DNA of 64,000 nt from Nitrosopumilus sp. UBA526 (lineage in GTDB: Archaea; Thermoproteota; Nitrososphaeria; Nitrososphaerales; Nitrosopumilaceae): NCBI GenBank assembly GCA_002506665.1, contig DAXZ01000053.1:7337-71336 (forward strand), read 5' to 3'. The notes beneath the pieces are model-generated. The model worked only from the letters and a program-made list of their open reading frames with translations, did no database searches and was not told where the DNA came from. The position numbers and the translations under genes were made by a program. Below, piece by piece: positions 61,436 to 64,000 of this stretch. The first letter of the stretch is position 1, and every line of letters begins with the position of its first letter.

Positions 61436-61642
61436 TTATGAACTATGTGCGGCAGATACATACTGAAATACCTCGTCTATCAGTTTGGCACTGAGTTCCG
61501 CCCTGATACTTTGGGGGGTCATCTTTAGAACAAAGTCATACATTGAGGTATTATTTAGCTTGTTTTGTTCCTGTAACAGTGAAAATACTGCAATGCCGTT
61601 TGAGATTATGGCTATGGTCTTTTCTCTGTTCGATAGTGTCAT
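61436..61642 (-). CDS. Small hypothetical protein
   Basis: 68-aa ORF just upstream of purP. Confidence 0.7.
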   Translation of the reverse strand: MTLSNREKTIAIISNGIAVFSLLQEQNKLNNTSMYDFVLKMTPQSIRAELSAKLIDEVFQYVSAAHSS

Positions 61643-61653
61643 GTATGGTAATA

Positions 61654-61866
61654 TTATGTGAGGTTAATTAAATACTGAGTTTTTTGGATTTTGAGTGTTT
61701 GTAGTAGTTTTGCAGATATAACAGAATCGATATCGTGCGCCTCTGCGTCTTGTGTCTGCTGTGAGACATTATATCCTATGAATACTCCGACAATTACAAA
61801 GACTGCAATTACTAGTGCCATCAGTATCATCATGGTTTTTGTGGAATTTGTACTGGCTATAAGCAT
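61654..61866 (-). CDS. Small membrane protein
   Basis: Single TM helix. Confidence 0.55.
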   Translation of the reverse strand: MLIASTNSTKTMMILMALVIAVFVIVGVFIGYNVSQQTQDAEAHDIDSVISAKLLQTLKIQKTQYLINLT

Positions 61867-61998
61867 TATGAAGGATGTTTCAATGAAGGCATGTGTTTAC
61901 CATGCTAGTATGTTGATATTGTACGGCATAAGGTATTGGGTACAAGATAAAACTAGTATCATAAATTATCTCATGGTATCTAACAAACCTAGCTAGGG

Positions 61999-62151
61999 TC
62001 AGGTATATTTGTCACTGTCAGGGTCTACTGCTTTAAAACCATCTATGCATGGCATGCCAATTACTTCCCTGCCTCCACAGTTTGGACAGTCTCCCGGTGG
62101 TTTTACATTTGATTGTAATAGACAATCTCTGCAAACATACACTACAGCCAT
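61999..62151 (-). CDS. 50-aa Zn-ribbon microprotein (MAVVYVCRDCLLQSNVKPPGDCPNCGGREVIGMP...; not in ORF track)
   Basis: CxxC...CPxCG; TATA-like TTTAATA ~25 nt upstream on the minus strand. Confidence 0.72.
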   Translation of the reverse strand: MAVVYVCRDCLLQSNVKPPGDCPNCGGREVIGMPCIDGFKAVDPDSDKYT

Positions 62152-62416
62152 TATATCATTATCTGCTTGGTGATATTAAAATATTTAAAATTGATTAGGT
62201 GTAGAATTGTCTGCCATTCGTCTATCCACAGTATCATAAAACAGTATGTCCCAATACACTAGCCGAGTTTTAGATGAATCATGGATTCTAACTAATAATA
62301 TCACACCTCAGCTTGAACTTGTATCATAAAATAATCAAATCTAAATTCCGTCATACCTTTAACTTTACAGAGAAGGCAAGATATTTCCTTAAATCCTAGT
62401 ATTACACACCCAGAGC

Positions 62417-62608
62417 ATGACAGACATTCCAACTAAAAGTGCAATATCCATAGGGAATACAGTGAGTATAGAGATAAAAGAAGATCAGGGAACAGGAACT
62501 CTTGTAACTGGGGTCGTATCTGAGATTCTAACTTCAAGTGAATCTCACCCATACGGAATCAAAGTGAGACTGCAAGACGGCCAAGTAGGCAGGGTCAAAA
62601 AGATCTAA
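62417..62608 (+). CDS. YwbE (DUF2196) family protein
   Basis: DQGTG.LVTG.V..ILT.S..HPYGIKVRL.DGQVGRV. Confidence 0.88.
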   Translation: MTDIPTKSAISIGNTVSIEIKEDQGTGTLVTGVVSEILTSSESHPYGIKVRLQDGQVGRVKKI

Positions 62609-62630
62609 AGTAATACAAATGATGCTGAAA

Positions 62631-63335
62631 TTATTGAATAATATGGTCTGTTATCTCATCATACTCTAGTCCTAATGATGAGATTTTTTGTTTGTATTTT
62701 TTATATTCTGCCTCATCAAACATGATTCCAATGTTGTTTCCCTTGAATTGAACATCCTTTACATCCATAATTTCAAATTTATCTTTTAGATGTTTTTTGA
62801 ACAATTCAGATGGAGTAATTTTCATCATCTGTGAATCCTGTTCTATCTTTGCTTGTGTGTGCAAAGATATGGAGATCACTACAAGATACTCATTAATGAT
62901 ATTGGGTCTGGCACTAGTTGTTTTCTCAATTACGTCTTTTAGTGGTACATTATGTTTTTTATAAAACGATATAATTTCTAACACATCTTTTTCAGATATA
63001 CTTTGCTTCGATGCTTCAGAAAACAGTAGGCGTTGTTCTTTTTCATCATTTAGCTTAGATATGTAACTTGCTGCAGAAAACCCAACCCCCAAACTATTAG
63101 ATTTGCCCCAAATTATTGCATCATGATATTCTTTTGGTAATGTCAAGAGGCGTATAAAAGTTGCAATATGATCTTTGGTAATAGGTAAAATGACACTAGT
63201 TGTTTCAAGACCTTCTTCATCTATTAATCTCTGAATTTGGTGTGCAACTTGAATGGGAGATAAAACACGTTTGAGATTAGTATGTGCAATTTTAATACTT
63301 GATAACAGATTTGCATACTCCGTATTGTCTGTCAT
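62631..63335 (-). CDS. ParB/Spo0J-like HTH protein lacking the N-terminal CTPase domain
   Basis: LSPIQVA..I.RL, IRLLTLP, GFSAASYISKL; AT-rich. Confidence 0.6.
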   Translation of the reverse strand: MTDNTEYANLLSSIKIAHTNLKRVLSPIQVAHQIQRLIDEEGLETTSVILPITKDHIATFIRLLTLPKEYHDAIIWGKSNSLGVGFSAASYISKLNDEKEQRLLFSEASKQSISEKDVLEIISFYKKHNVPLKDVIEKTTSARPNIINEYLVVISISLHTQAKIEQDSQMMKITPSELFKKHLKDKFEIMDVKDVQFKGNNIGIMFDEAEYKKYKQKISSLGLEYDEITDHIIQ

Positions 63336-63436
63336 TAAACGTGATAATTCAATTACCTAATTGTTCAAGGCGCTAAAACTAGTAAATAACTTTGCGTCAA
63401 GCAATACATTGAGTAGCGATCAACTCTGTTTAAATC

Positions 63437-64000
63437 CTAGGGCGTCAGCCTATCAACATCTCTTGGGTAAAACGTCACATCACGTATATTCTCAATCCCT
63501 AAAAGTGCCATGAGTAGCCGCTCAAGACCAATCCCGCATCCTGCATGTGGTGGCACACCATAGTCAAATGCACCAAAATGATACTCGAAAGCATCAGTCT
63601 TTAATCCCTTAATTTTCATCCTCTCAGCAAGCTCGGCACGCTTCTCAATTCTTGTACTACCTGACGATAGTTCTAGATCCCCGTACATCAAGTCAAATGA
63701 TTCAGATATTTTGGGATTATCTTTACAGTCCTTGACATAAAACGGCTTTGGCGCAAGCGGCCAGTCCTTTATGAAATAAAATCCATCAAGCCCAATTTTT
63801 TTGAGGTTTGATGGATACAAGTCATCGCCCCACTGTATATTGACACCAGCTGCCTGTATCTTATCAACCAAGCTATCATACGTATATCGTGGAATGGATT
63901 CTTGTATGGGCGGCATGACAAATCCCGTATCAGGATTATCCTTATCATAGTTGTGTGTGGTCTTTACTGTAATTTTGATGATATCTTCAATCCTGTCCAT
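63437..64000 (-). CDS. aspS: Aspartyl-tRNA synthetase, C-terminal part (5'-truncated by window edge)
   Basis: KPFY, SFDL, ELSSGSTR, PPHAG.GIGLERL, FYPRD. Confidence 0.9.
   Translation of the reverse strand: MDRIEDIIKITVKTTHNYDKDNPDTGFVMPPIQESIPRYTYDSLVDKIQAAGVNIQWGDDLYPSNLKKIGLDGFYFIKDWPLAPKPFYVKDCKDNPKISESFDLMYGDLELSSGSTRIEKRAELAERMKIKGLKTDAFEYHFGAFDYGVPPHAGCGIGLERLLMALLGIENIRDVTFYPRDVDRLTP

Noticed and set aside
183-61441. Numerous 60-140 aa antisense or nested ORFs in the track
   Set aside because: They are shadows of well-supported genes on the other strand or frame

Overview
Chromosomal segment of an archaeon of the Nitrosopumilaceae (Thaumarchaeota/Nitrososphaerota), judged from the archaeal information genes and gene set. 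The backbone is housekeeping: nuoM-L-N, polyprenyl synthase, tRNA-Glu with a T-loop intron, tRNA-Ile2/Met(CAT), rpo6, rps25e, rps26e, thrS, trpEGDCBA, pyrG, ilvD, aRF1, a cbtBA/FTR1 metal-uptake cluster, purP and the 3' end of aspS. Several AT-richer accessory patches interrupt it. The most striking observation is that three separate patches share one design: a putative toxic or defence enzyme next to a 45-61 aa microprotein that has been duplicated intact, while the second copy of the enzyme gene survives only as a fragment. The three enzymes are an HD-domain dNTPase-like protein with an HNH nuclease (8.4-10.6 kb), a TacT/AtaT-like GNAT (48.5-49.6 kb) and a SAM-lyase/DUF3293-like protein (51.8-53.2 kb). 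Four of the six microprotein genes are absent from the ORF track. Other extras are a frameshifted DUF3800 relic, two apparently orphan DNA methyltransferases, a stand-alone AroD, a ParB-like protein lacking its NTPase domain, unannotated Zn-finger microproteins and candidate operator palindromes. All family assignments come from motif recognition by eye; no searches were run.
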